DNA of 64,000 nucleotides, taken from NCBI GenBank assembly GCA_040954595.2, contig CM082585.2:9784564-9848563 (forward strand). Direction: 5' to 3'. This document shows positions 63,823-64,000 of the stretch, in pieces. Each line of letters begins with the position of its first letter. Position 1 is the stretch's first letter. The translations under genes were made by a program, and so were the position numbers. Source of the stretch: Balanoglossus misakiensis. Taxonomy: Eukaryota > Animalia > Hemichordata. Under the pieces are notes generated by a model. That model was not told the DNA's origin and made no database searches. It worked only from the letters and a program-made list of their open reading frames with translations.

Positions 63823-63879
63823 CGAAGCACACTTGATGTCGTCTTCACACACTGTAGCACCATTTAGTCTTTGTAGTTG
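63823..63879 (-). CDS. ANOS1: Anosmin-1 57-nt exon (probable exon 2), Cys-rich domain
   Basis: tttcattgcag|CAA...TCG|gtgagt, phase 0/0. QLQRLNGATVCEDDIKCAS joins CLRPC to give C-x5-C-x2-CLxPC, as in vertebrate WCQNHKQCSKCLEPC. No signal-peptide exon found in the window. Confidence 0.8.
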
Positions 63880-64000
63880 CTGCAATGAAAACAGAAAAAT
63901 TAACTTGTCATTTACTCTGGCAGACATGACGCCCGACGCATTTCACATGAACGAGAAATGTTGACGAGGGCGAGGCTGTAACTTTTAATATTTTTCTCAG

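Overview
Eukaryotic genomic DNA with spliced genes, from an invertebrate animal (probably a deuterostome; this is inferred). It has four parts. (1) 225-4629 (+): the last 12 coding exons of an EMSY-like chromatin regulator that ends in an intact-looking bromodomain, which vertebrate EMSY lacks. (2) 8711-10882 (+): a complete 3-exon ANKRD39 orthologue with an extra acidic tail. (3) 12482-33446: a ~21-kb, ~241-copy array of an AT-rich 87-bp satellite. Its monomer is largely palindromic, has one stop-free 29-codon frame, and is organised in nested higher-order duplications (~0.6, 1.9 and 7.9 kb). It lies between the 3' ends of two convergent genes. (4) 63879-37868 (-): 12 coding exons of anosmin-1/KAL1 (Cys-rich region, WAP, 4 FnIII), ending in a GPI-anchor-like signal, with an ~18-kb intron rich in RFX X-box motifs. 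Its first exon lies beyond the window. Exon boundaries were read by eye from GT/AG sites and frame continuity. Orthology calls rest on remembered family motifs, not on database searches.
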